Of a DNA stretch of 64,000 bases, positions 26,621 to 40,207 are shown in pieces. The translations under genes were made by a program, and so were the position numbers. The DNA lies in assembly GCF_044704955.1 (NCBI RefSeq), contig NW_027252026.1, positions 124,001 to 188,000 on the forward strand, given 5' to 3'. The stretch is from Pristiophorus japonicus (taxonomy: Eukaryota). The notes below the pieces were generated by a model. That model was not told where the DNA came from. It did not search any database and worked only from the letters and a program-made list of their open reading frames with translations. Every line of letters begins with the position of its first letter. Position 1 is the first letter of the stretch.

Positions 26621-27605
26621 GTATACTGTACTGCGCTTGCTTCTGCGCACACTCAGAGGCCGAACTACAAGCCATGGTCAACACCATCATTGAGGCTACG
26701 AAAGCATAGCCTTGCACTAAACATCCGTAAGACAAAGGTCCTCCACCAACCTGACCCCGCCACATAGCACTGTGTCCCGGTCATCAAAGTCCACGGCACG
26801 GCCCTGGACAACGTGGACCATTTTCCATACCTCGGGAGCCTATTATCAGCAAGGGCAGACATCGACGACGAGGTTCAACACCGCCTCCAGTGCAGCCTTC
26901 AGTCATCTGAAGAAGAAATTGTTTGAAGACCAGGACCTCAAATCTGGCACCAAGCTTATAGTCTACAGTGAGGTAGCGATACCCGCCTTCCTGTATGGCT
27001 CAGAGACGTGGGCTATGTACAGTAAACACCGCAAAGCGCTGGAGAAATACCACCAACGATATCTCCGCAAGATCCTGCAAATCCCCTGGGAGGACAGAGG
27101 CACCGTCAGTGTTCTCGATCAGGCCAACATCGAAGCACTGACCACACTCGACCAGCTCCGTTGGGCGGGCCACACTGTCCGCACGTCTGACACAAGATTC
27201 CCAAAGCAAGCGCTCTACTCGGAAGTCGTACACGGGAAGCGAGCCCCAGGTGGGCAGAGGAAATGTTTCCAGGACACCCTCAAAGCCTCCCTGATAAAGT
27301 GCGACATCCCCACTGACACCTGGGAGTCCCTGGCCAAAGACCAGCCGAAGTGGAGGAAGAGCATCCGGGAGGGCGCTGAGCACCTCGAGTCCCGTCGCCG
27401 AGAGCGTGCAGAAACCAAGCGCAAGCAGCGGAAGGAGCGTGCGGCAAACCAGTCCCAGCCACCCTTTCCTCCAACCACTGTGTGTCCCACCTGTGGCACA
27501 GACTGTCATTCCCCAATTGGACGGTTCCGTCACCTGACAACTCAGTGTTAGAGTGGAAGCAAGTGTCCCCCGATCCCGAGGGACTGCCTGTGATGGTGAT
27601 GATGT
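26620..27605 (+). mobile_element. RTE LINE 3' portion
   Basis: YGSETW...QLRWAGH...PKQALYSE...CPTCGTDCHSPIGRFRHL zinc finger; (GAT)n tail. Confidence 0.9.
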
Positions 27606-27784
27606 GTTGTATACACGCGCTGTCTCCTGTTACCGTCCATGGTCCACAGGTGGCTCAATGTCACTTCACTTCCCCACATTGTTGTCACAGCTCGAATACA
27701 AGCGATCATATTGGGATGTGGGTTGAAAGGATTGGCCCCACGTTCTCAGCCAGGACTGTGAGCCTGTGTGCTGCAGGAGGGAAG

Positions 27785-27836
27785 ATGGAGTTGTCCCGGG
27801 AACTATTGGCATTGGCCGCAGTTACTGCCCTGACTG
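27785..27836 (+). pseudogene. Orphan signal-peptide (leader) exon, phase 1, with a mutated donor
   Basis: AAGATGG Kozak context; MELSRELLALAAVTALT+G followed by GGGAGT (GTGAGT with T>G); upstream CACTTCACTTCCCC ETS/PU.1-like site. Confidence 0.55.
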
Positions 27837-27859
27837 GGGAGTGTTGGAGGGAGTTTATC

Positions 27860-28250
27860 CCCGCCCCGCCCCGCCCCGCCCCGCTCACTGCCTCCTCCAG
27901 CCCACTGCCGCCACACCCCGCACCACCTCGGCCCCTGGAGCCCACTCCCCCCTAACCCCATCCATCCATCCCCCGCCCGGGTCCGCCCCCCGCTCACTGC
28001 AGGCCGAGGCCGGCCCCGGCCCCGGCCCCGGCCCCCAGCCTCTCCCCGCCCGCCCGGGCCCGGGCTCAGCCTCCGCTCACCGGCCGCCATCGCCTCCAAC
28101 CGCGGCGCCGCTCCGCTGTTCCCGCCTCATCCACTCGCCATTCTGATTGGTCCCCAGCGCCGCGCGGGGCGGGGCGGGGCGGGGCCGGTGGGCGGGGCCC
28201 CCGCGCGGGGCGGGGACGGTTGGGCGCGCGGGAAGTTTGAACCGGATGAC
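27860..28250. promoter_or_regulatory. CpG-island promoter with GC boxes, CCAAT and E2F/CHR-like element; minus-strand first exon ATG GCG GCC G|GTGAGC
   Basis: Very GC- and CpG-rich; tandem GGGGCGGGGC; ATTGG at 28146-28150; GCGCGGGAA at 28226-28234 plus TTTGAA at 28236-28241; ATG at 28090-28088 (-). Confidence 0.75.
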
Positions 28251-28729
28251 CCAAATATACAAACAAACCATTTGTGGTCAATCACAGCATGAGAAGGAAT
28301 AGAAGCGGGAAATCAAATCAATGAGTTGTGTGCAGCAACAATCCTGAAAGGAAGTGTGAGCTTGGACAGATAAACAAGGGCAAGGAGCAGCTTTAAATAC
28401 GGCCAAAAGATAAAGTCTGTCAATGCTGGGAGTGTGGGGCTTACTGAGGGAATGAGAAACAATGGTGGCACGGATTTAACAGCACTGACAAACCTGGCTG
28501 GGAATTGTGCAGGAGTGCAACATAAACACATCAGATTGCAATGTTTTCAGGAGGGGCAGAACAGGAGCAAGAGTGCAAGACAGGGTGAAGGAGGGAATAG
28601 ATTCTGCAGGGAGCTGATGTGCACAAAAAATAAGTTCAGACAAAAAAAGACAACAGCAGAAAAGAACCGAGATACAAGGAAAGTTGCGGGGGACCTCTCT
28701 ACTCTTTACACCTTTTAGGCTCTCCCTAA

Positions 28730-29180
28730 AATCTACCTCTTTGACCGAGCTTGTGGAGCGCCTTGGGACGTTTTACATTAAAGGCACTATATAAATACAA
28801 GTTGTTGTTGTTAAGGAGCATCTTGAAGGAGGAACGAGGTAGAGAGGCGGAGAGGTTTAGGCAGGGAGTTCCAGAGCTTGGGGCCAGGCAACAGAAGGCA
28901 CGGCCACCAATGGTGGAGCGATTATAATCCGGGATGCTCAGGAGGGCAGAATTAGAGGAGCGCAGACATCTCGAGGGGTTGTGGGGCTGGAGGAGATTAC
29001 AGAGATAGGGAGGGGCGAGGCCATGGAGAGATTTGAAAACAAGGATGAGAAGTTTGAAATTGAGGCATTGCTCAACTGGGAGCCAATGTAGGTCAGCGAG
29101 CACAGGAGTGATGGGTGAGTGGGACTTGGTGCGAGTTAGGACACGGGCTGCTGAGTTTTGGTTGACCTCAAGTTTACGTT
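28730..29180 (-). mobile_element. L2 LINE 3' end
   Basis: QNSAARVLTRTKSHSPITPVLADLHWLPV...FKSLHGLAPPYL. Confidence 0.88.
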
Positions 29181-30195
29181 GCCAATATAGATGATAAATA
29201 GGAGGGGGCCAAGGATAGATTCTTGGGGGGGGAACCAGAGTTAACATGCAGGAGTAGGAAGAGAAACTATTCTCTGGCAACGGTTAGATAGATAAGATTG
29301 AAACCAGGTGAATGCAGTCCCACCCAGCTGGTCAACGGTGGAGAGGGTTTGGAGGATGGATTGGTAAATCATGTCAAAGTCTGCAGACAAGTCAAGAAGA
29401 ACAACATAAAGACATTACGGTTACAATGTACAACGTCACAGGAGATTGGCTAATTTTTAAAAAGAACCTTGTCTTGTGCAATGAGGATTGGGCGGATTGT
29501 ACACTGGGTGTCAGCTCACAACAGCAGTTTTACACAAGTTGAAAATCTTACGTATTTGATTCAATGTATATTTTAACCTGTTGATGTTAGATGAAGAAAC
29601 CAGATGTGAATTGGTTTGCCTGGGCCTATCATAGCGACTGCTGATTGCACATCTTAATTTGTAGTTTTTGGAGCTTCGTGTTTTGGTGTTTTTCATTCCT
29701 GCTTGTTACCTGCTGATTCTCACGTTCTCCACCTGTGCAGTTGTGATCTGTTGGTGGTTGATGAATATGAAATTTAATCCTATTGGCTGGGAGAACTTTG
29801 CATATGAGAAGGTGTGACAGCCAAAGTGTGACACAGGAAATGTGACAGTCAAACAGGAAATGCATCCTGTGCACCATTTTTAATAGGTTGCCAGTGGATG
29901 TCCTGTGTTACTCACAATAAGTCAGAGAATGCTCTGTTTTATGGAGCAATATACATGAACCTTTCGTTAACTTCAAATAGCGATTCATTTTAAAGTGGCT
30001 TTTCTCCCTACGACTGACGGTAGTTTCAAGCTGGTTACTGGTCATTTATTTCAGTCTAGTTTTAAATAGTATCCATGAGCTGAGCATTGAGAGATTGTAC
30101 AGGGAGGTGCCACAGTAACCAACAGGAAGCTTACTTCATTGTAGAAAGAGACAGAACATGGGCATTTTAAAACAGGTCACTTATTAACGTTGGGT

Positions 30196-32775
30196 GGGGC
30201 CGAAATTGCCCCTTCCGATAAAGCCTCTTGCTGCCTGAAAGCAGCGGCTATGGGGCGGCGCGGAATGGCCGGGGACTCACGGCGGACTGGCCGATGTTCG
30301 TGGCATTGCCCTCAAAGGTTTTTGCTGCATTGTGAAGATCCGCCCCGCTCCAGCAGATGCGTCGTTAACGATGTCATCCGAGCGCGCACCGCATCGGACC
30401 CGCCCCGGAAGGTAAATTCATTCAAAAAGTCTTCCAGCCGCCTGTCGATGCCAACGACAGTTTTTTGGGTCGGTACACAGTGCTAGCTCAAGACCACCAG
30501 CAGCCTTTAAAAGCGTGTTGCATGTAGCAGCATTCTGCACTGACCCTCCCACTCCAGATATTGGGCGAAATGGAGAGAAGGCAGGGTGCACAGGAGGCAG
30601 ATGCTTGCCAGCAGCAGGCTGCAGAGGGTGAGGAGCAGCAAGAGCATGAAGGAGAAGGCAATGAGGCAGCTGCCATCGGAAGACGTGAACATAGACATGG
30701 CGGGGAGAAGGCCCTATCGTCCAAGGGTGTACAGACAGCAGTTCTCATACATGGACCTGACGGATGACCAGTGTCTCCGGAGACTTCGATTCCTGTGCAA
30801 TCTCCTGCAGCCAGACCTCCAGCCTCGAACAAAGTTGAGGACAGTGCTGACCGTTGCATCCAAGGTGACCATAGCACTCCATTTCTATGCGACTTGATCA
30901 TTCCAAGCTGCTACAGTAGACATCTCGAACATTTCACATTTCACCGCGCGTGGCTCCATCATTAAGTGACAGATGCTCTCTATAAGAGAAGGAGGGACTA
31001 GTTATCCTTCCCGATGAGCAGGGACAAACAGTTGGTGTGGAGACCGGATTCGGGAGGTGTGTGGGCTTCCCCAGGGTTCAGGGTGACATTGACTGCACCC
31101 ACGTCGCAATGAGGGCGACACAGAACAATCCCGAGATCTTCAGAAACTGCAAGGGATTCCACTCCCTCAATGTGCAGCTGGTGTGTGACACCCCACCACA
31201 AAATCATGGCAGCTGATGCCCGGTATCCTGGCAGCAGCCTCGTTGCTTTCATCCAGCGCCAGAGCGGTGCGCCTGACGTGTTTGTTGGACCAAGCCAAGG
31301 TTGCGGCTGGGTCCTTGGAGACAAGGGCTACCCACTGTGCACTTGGCTGCTGACTCCCCTTCACAACCCCAGGACTGCTGTGCAGCAAGCCGGCAATGAC
31401 TCTCATTCAGCCACCAGCTGCTTCATTGAGCAGTGCATCAGAATCCTTAAACAGAGGTTCCGTTGCCTGGATCACTCTTCCAGTACTCGCCTGAGCGGGT
31501 CTCCCTATTCGTGGTCGTCTGATGCATGCTTCATAACATGGCAATCATGAGGGCACAACCATTGGAGGACGAGGCACCAGTATCAGCTGAGGAGGAGGAC
31601 CAGGAGGAGGAGGACCAGGAGGAGGAGGCACAGGACCAGTACCAGGAGGAGTAGGAGGTCCAGGGTGAGGAGGAGGCACAGGAGCACGATGCACAGAAGG
31701 AGGAGGAGGCGCAGGAGGAGGACCAGGATGCGGGTCGCTGGCCAAGCTGGAGGCAGCGTCGCCATCCAAACCCTGCAAGGGAAGTGCAAAACCATCTCAT
31801 TGTTGCTCGTTTCTGATGAGTTCATGCGCACTTCACCCTTCACCTGTGCATCTCCATGGCCAACCCAATGAGCCCTTTCACACATCATTGCCCACAGTGA
31901 AATGAGACACCTGCACAGATATTGAAACACAAAATAAAGATTTATTACACAAGAAAGAATGGTGCAAAAAAACATACACCATCAATTATCATCCTTGTGC
32001 ATTTGCTTATTCTTACACAAACCTATTCTTGAACTATGCCCCAGTGTCTCGCCTGTGGCTGCATCATGCGTCTGGGAAGGCTGCTGTGTTTCAGGTGTAG
32101 AAGCTGCAGATGTCCTTCTAGGACGCCCTCGACCAGCTCTTTCCCTGGAAGTGCCAGCTGCAGACTGCACCGCATCCTCCTCGGTGCATTCAGTCAGGAT
32201 TGGCTGGGGCGATTCCATGCTTGATGGCAATGGCGGACTGAGAGGTCTCAGCTCAGGACTACTGAGAAAGCACATCAGAATCCTGGTCCGAGGAGCCTGC
32301 TCCACTCCCCCGGGGCAGCACCTCACCACCCCCACCAATCAGCTGGAGCACAGGTCAGTGGTGTGGCACGACACCGGAAGTTCCCCGTGGACCGTGGTGG
32401 ACCCAGCCGCGATGGCAACAGTCAGATCTCGCTTGGCATCCAGCTGAGACTGCATGAGAGCAGATACAGTCTCGATGCCACCAGAGACTACAGCAGTAAG
32501 ATGCTCCGTAAGACAGCAGCATGAGCCTGGAGCAGCTGAGGGAGATTTAAACATCAGCGTCTCCGGGACAACGGAGGCAGCGCGAGCCTGGTGCACCTGT
32601 TCGGCATGTGGCGTGGGTAATGGTGGCGGCCACTCTGACTTCTCCCACGATCCTTTGAGAAGCTAAAATGGAGCAGGACCCCAGCGTGTTTCATCCCATT
32701 CCCTCATCACACCTCAGATCTCCCACCACCTCTCCTGAAGGCACTGCTCAGTGCCGAGCTTACAGCTCACACCCC
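30196..32775 (+). mobile_element. PIF/Harbinger DNA transposon remnant: degenerate transposase (+, about 30697-31550) and probable convergent Myb/SANT-like gene remnant (-)
   Basis: GGGGCCGAAATTGCCCC terminus; peptides KVTIALHFYAT, FPRVQGDIDCTHV, KGFHSLNVQLVCD, ARYPGS, LGDKGYP, ILKQRFRCLD. Confidence 0.85.
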
Positions 32776-32789
32776 ACTATAGGCAATTA

Positions 32790-33779
32790 GGCCCATACAG
32801 TAGTGCCTGGTCTCCAATCGTCTCAGACCACCTTGCCACTGGACCAAGACCTTGCTCTGCTAAGCCCGTGTGGTAGCCGGTGTTCGGTGGCCACCCCACC
32901 GTAAAAAAACTCACGCACATGTATCTTCCACCCTTCAAAATGAAGTTTGGGACTTGGAACGTCCGGCCCCTCATGGACAACCCCAACAGCGACAGACTGG
33001 AATGCCGCACCGCCATCGATGCCCGGGAACTTAGAGGCTTCGATATCGACAGTGCCGCCCGAAGCAGATCCAGTGAGTAGGGGAAGGCCAGATCAAAGAA
33101 CAAGGTGGAGGTTACACCTTCTTCTGGGAAGGCAAATGGTACAGGGCTGTAGTGATACCCGCCCTCCTATATGCTCAGGAGACGTGGACCATATACAGTA
33201 GAGACCTCAAATCGCTGGAGAAATACCACCAACGATGTCTCCGCAAGATCCTGCAAATCCCCTGGGAGGACAGACGCACCAACATCAGTGTTGTCAATCA
33301 GGCCAGCTTCGAAGCACTGACCACATTCGACCAGCTCCATTGGGCAGGCCACATTGTCCGTATGTCCGACACAAGACTCCCAAAGCAAGCGCTGTACTCG
33401 GAACTCCGACACAGCAAGCGAGCCCCAGGTGGACAGAGGAAACATTTCAAGGGCACCCTCAAAGCCTCCTTGATAAAGTGCAACATCCCCACTGACACCT
33501 GGGAATCCCTGGGCAAAGATTGCCTTAAGTGGAGGAAGAGCATCCGGAAGGGCGCTGAGCACCTCGAGTCTCGTCACCGAGAGCATGCAGAAAACAAGCG
33601 CAGGCAGCGGAAGGAGCGTGCGGCAAACCAGTCCCACCCACCCTTTCCTTCAATGTCTGTCTGTCCCACCTGTGACAGAGACTGTAATTCCCCTATTGGA
33701 CTGTTCAGTCACCTGAGAACTCACTTCTAGAGTGGAAGCAAGTCTTCCTCGATTTTGAGGGACTGCCTATGATGATGAT
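32790..33779 (+). mobile_element. Internally deleted RTE LINE
   Basis: MKFGTWNVRPL endonuclease start joined to the C-terminus ...CPTCDRDCNSPIGLFSHLRTH; ATGATGAT tail. Confidence 0.9.
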
Positions 33780-33914
33780 ATTGCCTGTTTTGAACAAAAT
33801 TAAAAACAGTTATCTGCAGTAATCTCGTGTAAAATGTGACAATTCAGACATTGAGTTTATCCCGGGCATATCTGAGCCATACAGACTGGTAGGTCTCAGG
33901 ATTGTGTGAATCAG

Positions 33915-36900
33915 AATCGTGGAAATTCATGGCACAGGAGGCTATTCGACCCATCGTGTCTGTACCGGAGGACTAAGAGCTATCCAGCCTAATCCCACTT
34001 TCCAGTTCTTGGTCTGTGTCCTTGTAGGGTATGGCACTTCAAGTGCATATCCAAGTACTTTTTAAATGTGATGAGGGTTTTTGCCTCTCCCAGCCTTTTA
34101 GGCAGTGGATTCCAGAGCCCCACTGCTCTCTCAGTGGAAAAAGTTCTCAACTCCCCTCTAGTCCTACCAATCACCTTAAATCTATACCCCCTGGTTGTTG
34201 ACCCCTCTGCTAAGGAAAATACAGGCAACTCTCGATTATCCGGGTCCCACGGGGATTGAGCTATTTCGGGTAAACGATTTTTCCGTTAGGGCGAGTTTAC
34301 ATTTATAAGTTAAAACTTGAATGAATCAATACAAACAGTAACAAAAGATAGACATTACCAGCGTGCATGTACAGGTTCTGTGCCTGGAACCCGGTGCCAG
34401 CACCATCCCTGTTCCCAACGTCAGCGGCGGCCGCGAGAGACAGCGGCTGCAGCAGCGCGCACACACCTCAGCAAAGTAAAGGCAGAGGAGGGTGATTTTT
34501 ATGGTGAGTGAGAGAGTGTGTGTGAGAGAGAAACTGTGCGAGATTGTGTGTGCGAGAGAGAATGAGCAAATATAAATGAGCACAGTGTTTGGAAGGCGAT
34601 TTTTCCAAATTATTTGGAGCTGTCTTTTCACTTGTTAGCAACAGAATTTTAAATCCCGATACAACGGTTTCCCATTGGATCCGTGTACGGATAATCGAGA
34701 GTTGCCTGTAGGTCATTCCTATCCACTCTTATCTTGGCCCCTCATAATTTTATACACCTCAATAAGTCTCCCCTCAGCCACCTCTGTTCCAAAGAAAACA
34801 ACACCAGCCTATCCAATCTTTCTTCATAGCTAAAATTCACCAGCCATGGAAAAATTCTCGTAAATTTCCTCTTTACACTCTCAAGTGCAATTACATCTTT
34901 CCTGTAATGTGGTGACCAGAGCTGTATGCTGTGCTCTAGCTGTGGCCTATCAAGTGTTTTAATGCAGTTCTAGCATAAGCTCCCTGCTCTATGCCTCAGC
35001 TGAGAAAGGAAAGTATCCCGTATGCCTTCTTAATCACCGTATCTGCCTGTCCTGTTACCTTCAGGGATCTGTGCACATGCACTCCAAGAACCCTCTATTC
35101 CTCTACGCTTCTCCGTATCCTACCATTTATTGTGTATTCCCTTGCCTTGTTAACCCTCCCCAAATGGAATACCTCACACTTCTTCGGATTGAATTCCATT
35201 TGCCACCTTTCTGCCCACTTGACCAGTCCATTGGCATCTTCCTGCAGTCTGCCTCAGTGCCAACCACACGGCCAATTTTTGTATCATCTTCAAACTTCTT
35301 AATCATACCTCCTATATTGGAATCTAAATCATTGACGCATACCACAAAAAGCAAGGGACCTACTACTGAGCCCTGCGGAACCCCATTGGAAACAGCCTTC
35401 CAGTCACCAAAACACCCGTCGACCATTACCTTTTGCTTCCTGCAACTGAGACAATTTTGGATCCAACTTGCCACTTCCCCTTGGATCACATGGACTTTTA
35501 CTTTCCTGACCAGTCTGCCATGTTGAACCTTGTCAAATGCCTTGTTAAAATCCATGTAGACAAACGCACTACCCTCATCAACCATCCTTGTTACCTCCTC
35601 AAAAAATAATCAAGTTAGTCAGACATGACCTTCCTTTAACAAATCCATGCTGATTGTCCTCGATTAATTCATGCCTTTCTAAATGATGATTAAGACTGTG
35701 TCTCACAAATGTTTCCAACAATTTTCCCACCACCGAGGTTAGGCTGACTGGCCTGTAATTACTTGCTCTATCCCGTTCTCCTTTTTTAAACAATAGTACA
35801 ACATTAGCAGTCCTCCAGTCCTCCAGCATCACGCCTGTAGCCTGAGAGGATTGGAAAATGATGGTCAGAGCCTCTGCTATTTTCTTCCTTGCTTCTCCTA
35901 ACAGTCTGGGATACATTACATCCGGGTCTGGCGATTTATCTACTTTCAAGGATGTTAAACCCCTTAATATTTCCTCTCTCACTACGGTTATTTCATCTAA
36001 TATTTCACACTCCTCCCCTTTAACTACAATGTTTGCTTTGTCTCTCCTTGTGAAGACAGATGCAAAGTATTCATTAAGAACCATACCCATATCCTCCATC
36101 ACAATCTTCCTTTTTGGTCTCCCACAGACTCTACTCTTTCTTTAGTTATCCTCATGCTCTTTATGTAGTTATAAAACATTCTTGATTTTACTTGCCAATA
36201 ATTTTTCACATCTTTGCATTCCTAATTTTTTAATTTTACCTCTGCACTTTCTCTCCTCCTCTAGGCTTTCTGCAGTATTTAGCTCTTGGTATCCAACATA
36301 CACTTCCCTTTTTTGCCTTATCCCACTGTATGTCCCTTGGACATCCATGGAGTTCTAGATTTGGGAGTCCCACCACTGCTCCAACACTGATTTACCTTCG
36401 TTGCTGTTTGAAGTCCACTTTTGCTAAGTCACATCTCGAGTTAGTAAAATTGGCCTTTCCCCAACTGAGAACTTTTACTCTTGGTTTAACTTTCCCCCTT
36501 TCCATAACTACACTAAATCTAACTGAATTATGATCACTAACACCAAAATGCTCTCCCACTGATACCCCTACCATCTGTCCAGCATCATTCCATAAAACTA
36601 AGTCCAGAACCGCCCCTCTCTTGTTGGGCTTGCTACGACTGATTAAAAACATTCTGCTGAATGCATTTTATGAATTCTGTACCCTTTGTACGTTTTACAC
36701 TGATTCTATCCCAGTTAATGTTAGGGTAGTTGAAATCCCCTACTATTACCGCCCTATTGTTTTTGCACTTCTCAGAAATGTGCTTATATTTGCTCTTCTA
36801 TCTTCCTCTGACGATTTGGGGGTCTATAGTACACTCCCAGCAGTGTGATTGCCCCTTTTTTGTTCTTCAGTTCAACCCATAAGGCCTCATTTGATGATCT

Positions 36901-37030
36901 TTCTAATGTATTATCCTCCTCACAGCTGTAATTGTTTCCAATATTGCGACTGCCCCTTCCATTTTTTATCCTCCCTTCTATCTCGTCTGAAAACCCTGTA
37001 ACCAGGAATGTTTTGCTGCCATTCGTGGCA
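33915..37030 (-). mobile_element. CR1 LINE, long degenerate copy
   Basis: EN (AITLLGVYYRPP), RT ([32 protein letters not shown]) and 3' end. Confidence 0.9.
34222..34708. mobile_element. Tc1/mariner-pogo (Tigger-like) MITE
   Basis: Perfect 21-bp TIR CAGGCAACTCTCGATTATCCG with TA target duplication on both sides. Confidence 0.92.
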
Positions 37031-39720
37031 AGTAGAATCAGGGACAACCCAAAGATGTTTTATAAATACATTAAGAGCATGAGGATAACTAGAAAAGGAG
37101 TGGGGCCTATTAGATACCATAAAGTAAATCTGTGTGTGGAGGCAGAAGATGTGGGTATGATTCTTAATGAACATTTTGCATCTGTTTTGACAAAAGAGAG
37201 GAGCGATGAAGACTTTGCAATGAGGGAGGAGGAATGTGAAATATTCTATGAGATAAACATAGTGAGAAAGGAAGTATTAAGGGGCTTAACAACTTTGAAA
37301 GGGGATAAATCCCCAGGCCCGGAAGAAATGTATCCCTATTAAGAGAAGCAAAAGAAGAAATAGCAGAGGCTCTGACCATCATTTTCCAATCCTCTCTGGC
37401 TACAGGTGTGGTACCAGAGGACTGGAGGATTGCTGATGTTGTACCTTTGTTTAAAAAGGGAGAAATGGATAGACCAAATAATTACAGGCCAGTCAGTCTT
37501 ACCTCAGTGGTGGGAAAAATCCTGAGGGACAGGATAAATCTTCATTTGGAAAGACATGGATTAATCAAGGATAGTCAGCACAGATTGGTGAAGGAAAGGT
37601 CCTGTCTGACTAACTTGATTGAATTTTTTGAGGAGGTAACGAGGAGGGTCAAAGAGGACAGAGTGTATGATGTAGTGTATATGGATTTTAGCAAAGTTTT
37701 TGATAAGATCCCACATGACAGACTGGTCACGAAAGTAAAAGCCCATGGGATCCAGGGCAAAGTGGCAAGTTGGATCCAAAATTGGCTCATGGGCAGGAAG
37801 CAATGGGTAATGGTTGATGGGTGTTTTTGTGCCTGGAAGGCTGTTTCCAGTAGGGGTCCGCAGGGCTCAGTGCTGGGTCCCTTGCTTTTTGTGGTATATA
37901 TCAATGACTTGGTCTTGAATGTTGGGGGTATGATTAAGAGGTTTGTAGATGACACTAAAATAGGCTGTGTGGTTGATAATGAAGAAGCAAGCTGCGGATT
38001 GCAAGGCGATATCAGTGTACTGGTCAGGCGGTTGGAACAGTGGAAAATGGATTCAATCCGGATAAGTGTGAGGTAATGCATTTGGGGAGGTCTAACAAGG
38101 CAAGGGAATACACAGTAACTGGTACGACACTGAAAAGTGTAGAGGAACAAAGGGACCTTGGAATGCAGGTCCACAGATCCCTAAAGGTAGTAGGCCAGGT
38201 AGATAAGGTGGTTAAGAAGGCAGAGAGAATACTTGCCTTTGTTAGTCGAGGCATGGAATACAAGAGCTAGGAGGTTAAGCTTGAACTGTAAAAGCACAGG
38301 TTAGGCCGCAGCTGGAGTACTGTGTGTAGTTCTGTCACCCCATTACAGGAAAGGAGGGTAGCTAATGTTACACCACTTTTTAAAAAAGGAGAGAGAGAGA
38401 GAAAACGGGTAATTATAGACCGGTTAGCCTGACATCAGTAGTGGGGAAAATGTTGGAATCAATTATTAAAGATGAAATAGCAGCGCATTTGGAAAGCAGT
38501 GACAGGATCGGGCCAAGTCAGCATGGATTTATGAAAGAGAAATCATGCTTGACAAATCTTCTGGAATTTTTTGAGAATGTAACTAATAGAGTGGAGAAGG
38601 GAGAACCAGTGGATGTGGTGTATTTGGACTTTCAAAAGGCTTTTGACAAGGTCCCACACAAGAGATTGGTGTGCAAAATTAGAGCAAATGGTATTGGGGT
38701 AATGTATTAACGTGGATAGAGAACTGGTTGGCAGACAGGAAGCAGAGAGTCGGGATAAACGGATCCTTTTCTGAATGGCAGGCAGTGACTAGTGGAGTGC
38801 CGCAGGGCTCAGTGCTGGGACCCCAGCTATTTACAATATACATAAATGATTTAAATGAAGGAATTGAGAGTAATATCTTCAAGTTTGCAGATGACACTAA
38901 GCTGGGTGGCGGTGTGAGCTGTGAGGAGGATGCTAAGAGGCTGCAGGGTAACTTGAACAGGTTAGGTGAGTGGGCAAATGCATGGCAGATGCAGTATAAT
39001 GTGGATAAATGTGAGGTTAGCCACTTTGGTGGCAAAAACATGAAAGCAGAATATTATCTGAATGGCGGCAGATTAGGAAAAGGTGCAACGAGACTTGGGT
39101 GTCATGGTACATCAGTCATTGAAAGTTGGCATGCAGGTACAGCAGGTGGTGAAGAAGGCAAATGGCATGTTGGCCTTCATAGCTAGGGGATTTGAGTATA
39201 GGAGCAGGGAGGTAATTGCTGCAGCTGTGCAGGGCCTTGGTGAGGCCTCACCTGGAATATTGTGTTCAGTTTTGGTCTCCTAATCTGAGGAAGGATGTTC
39301 TTGCTATTGAGGGAGTGGAGCGAAGGTTCACCAGACTGATTCCTGGGATGGCAGGACTGACATGAGGAGAGACTGGATCGACTGGGCCTATATTCACTGG
39401 AGTTTAGAAGGATGAGAGGAGATCTCAGAGAAACATCTAAAATTCTGATGAGACTGGACAGGTTAGATGCAGGAAGAATGTTCCTGATGCTGGGGGAGTC
39501 CAGAACCAGGGGTCACAGTAAGGATAAGGGGTAAGCCATTTAGGACCGAGATGAGGAGAAATCTCTTCACTCAGAGAGTTGTTAACCTGTGGAATTCTCT
39601 ACCACACAGAGTTATTGATGCCAGTTTGTTAGATATATTCAAGAGGGAGTTGGCCCTTAAGGGATCAAGCGATATGGAGAAAAATAACCTCCTTCCGTGC
39701 TGTAAATTTCTATGATGCTA
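37030..39720 (+). mobile_element. Two adjacent CR1 LINE RT fragments (junction near 38352)
   Basis: Two successive RT cores (ORFs 37408-38076 and 38441-39186). Confidence 0.9.
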
Positions 39721-40164
39721 TACGTAGCTTTCCCTTGATTATTATGGTCTGTTTTCCCAGAATTAATGTGACATAGCTCTTGTTGGAAAACATCAGAGCC
39801 AATAATTTGCTTAACCCTTGAAACCAATGGAAAATGTTGAATTAGAAAATGAAGTGTGCTGGCTACTTTGAACCTGGTTACAATACTCAGTGTGAACAAA
39901 GGAGAGGATTTGTGTGTGTGCGGCTGTGGGTGTTGATGATTTAGTAAAAGCTGTTCATCACCACACAACATTCAATCCATCACCGTACTGGGCTACTGAT
40001 GGCCCGTTACCACACTGGGCCCATTGCTCTCAGTCTATTCCAGGCAGTGTTGCTGCTATGGATCCATTTTAGGTGAAGGTTTCCCACAGTTTCACCATTT
40101 ATACAAAAAGTGACAGATATCACACGCTTTGCCTCTACCCTTGCCAAGTGTGAGAGAAACATAC

Positions 40165-40207
40165 CTTTAAGCTCACTGTATATGGACTGATCCGATTCCT
40201 TCAATGC
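40165..40207 (-). CDS. Small cytoplasmic exon encoding an ITIM (SIYSEL), phase 0-1
   Basis: Acceptor CTCTGTTCCCTGTTAG, donor AAG|GTATGT; ALKESDQSIYSELK; same strand as, and downstream of, V3. Confidence 0.72.

Noticed and set aside
28300-28620. Minus-strand splice-site-like motifs
   Set aside because: No coherent reading frame or recognisable peptide.
29550-30190. Possible terminal exon and poly(A) signal (AATAAA at 30050-30045, minus) of the ITIM gene, and an octamer/ETS/CCAAT promoter at 29780-29870
   Set aside because: Short motifs only; no exon could be assembled with confidence.
30697-31550. Domesticated HARBI1 gene
   Set aside because: Multiple frameshifts and stops with a transposon terminus nearby; an ordinary Harbinger fossil.
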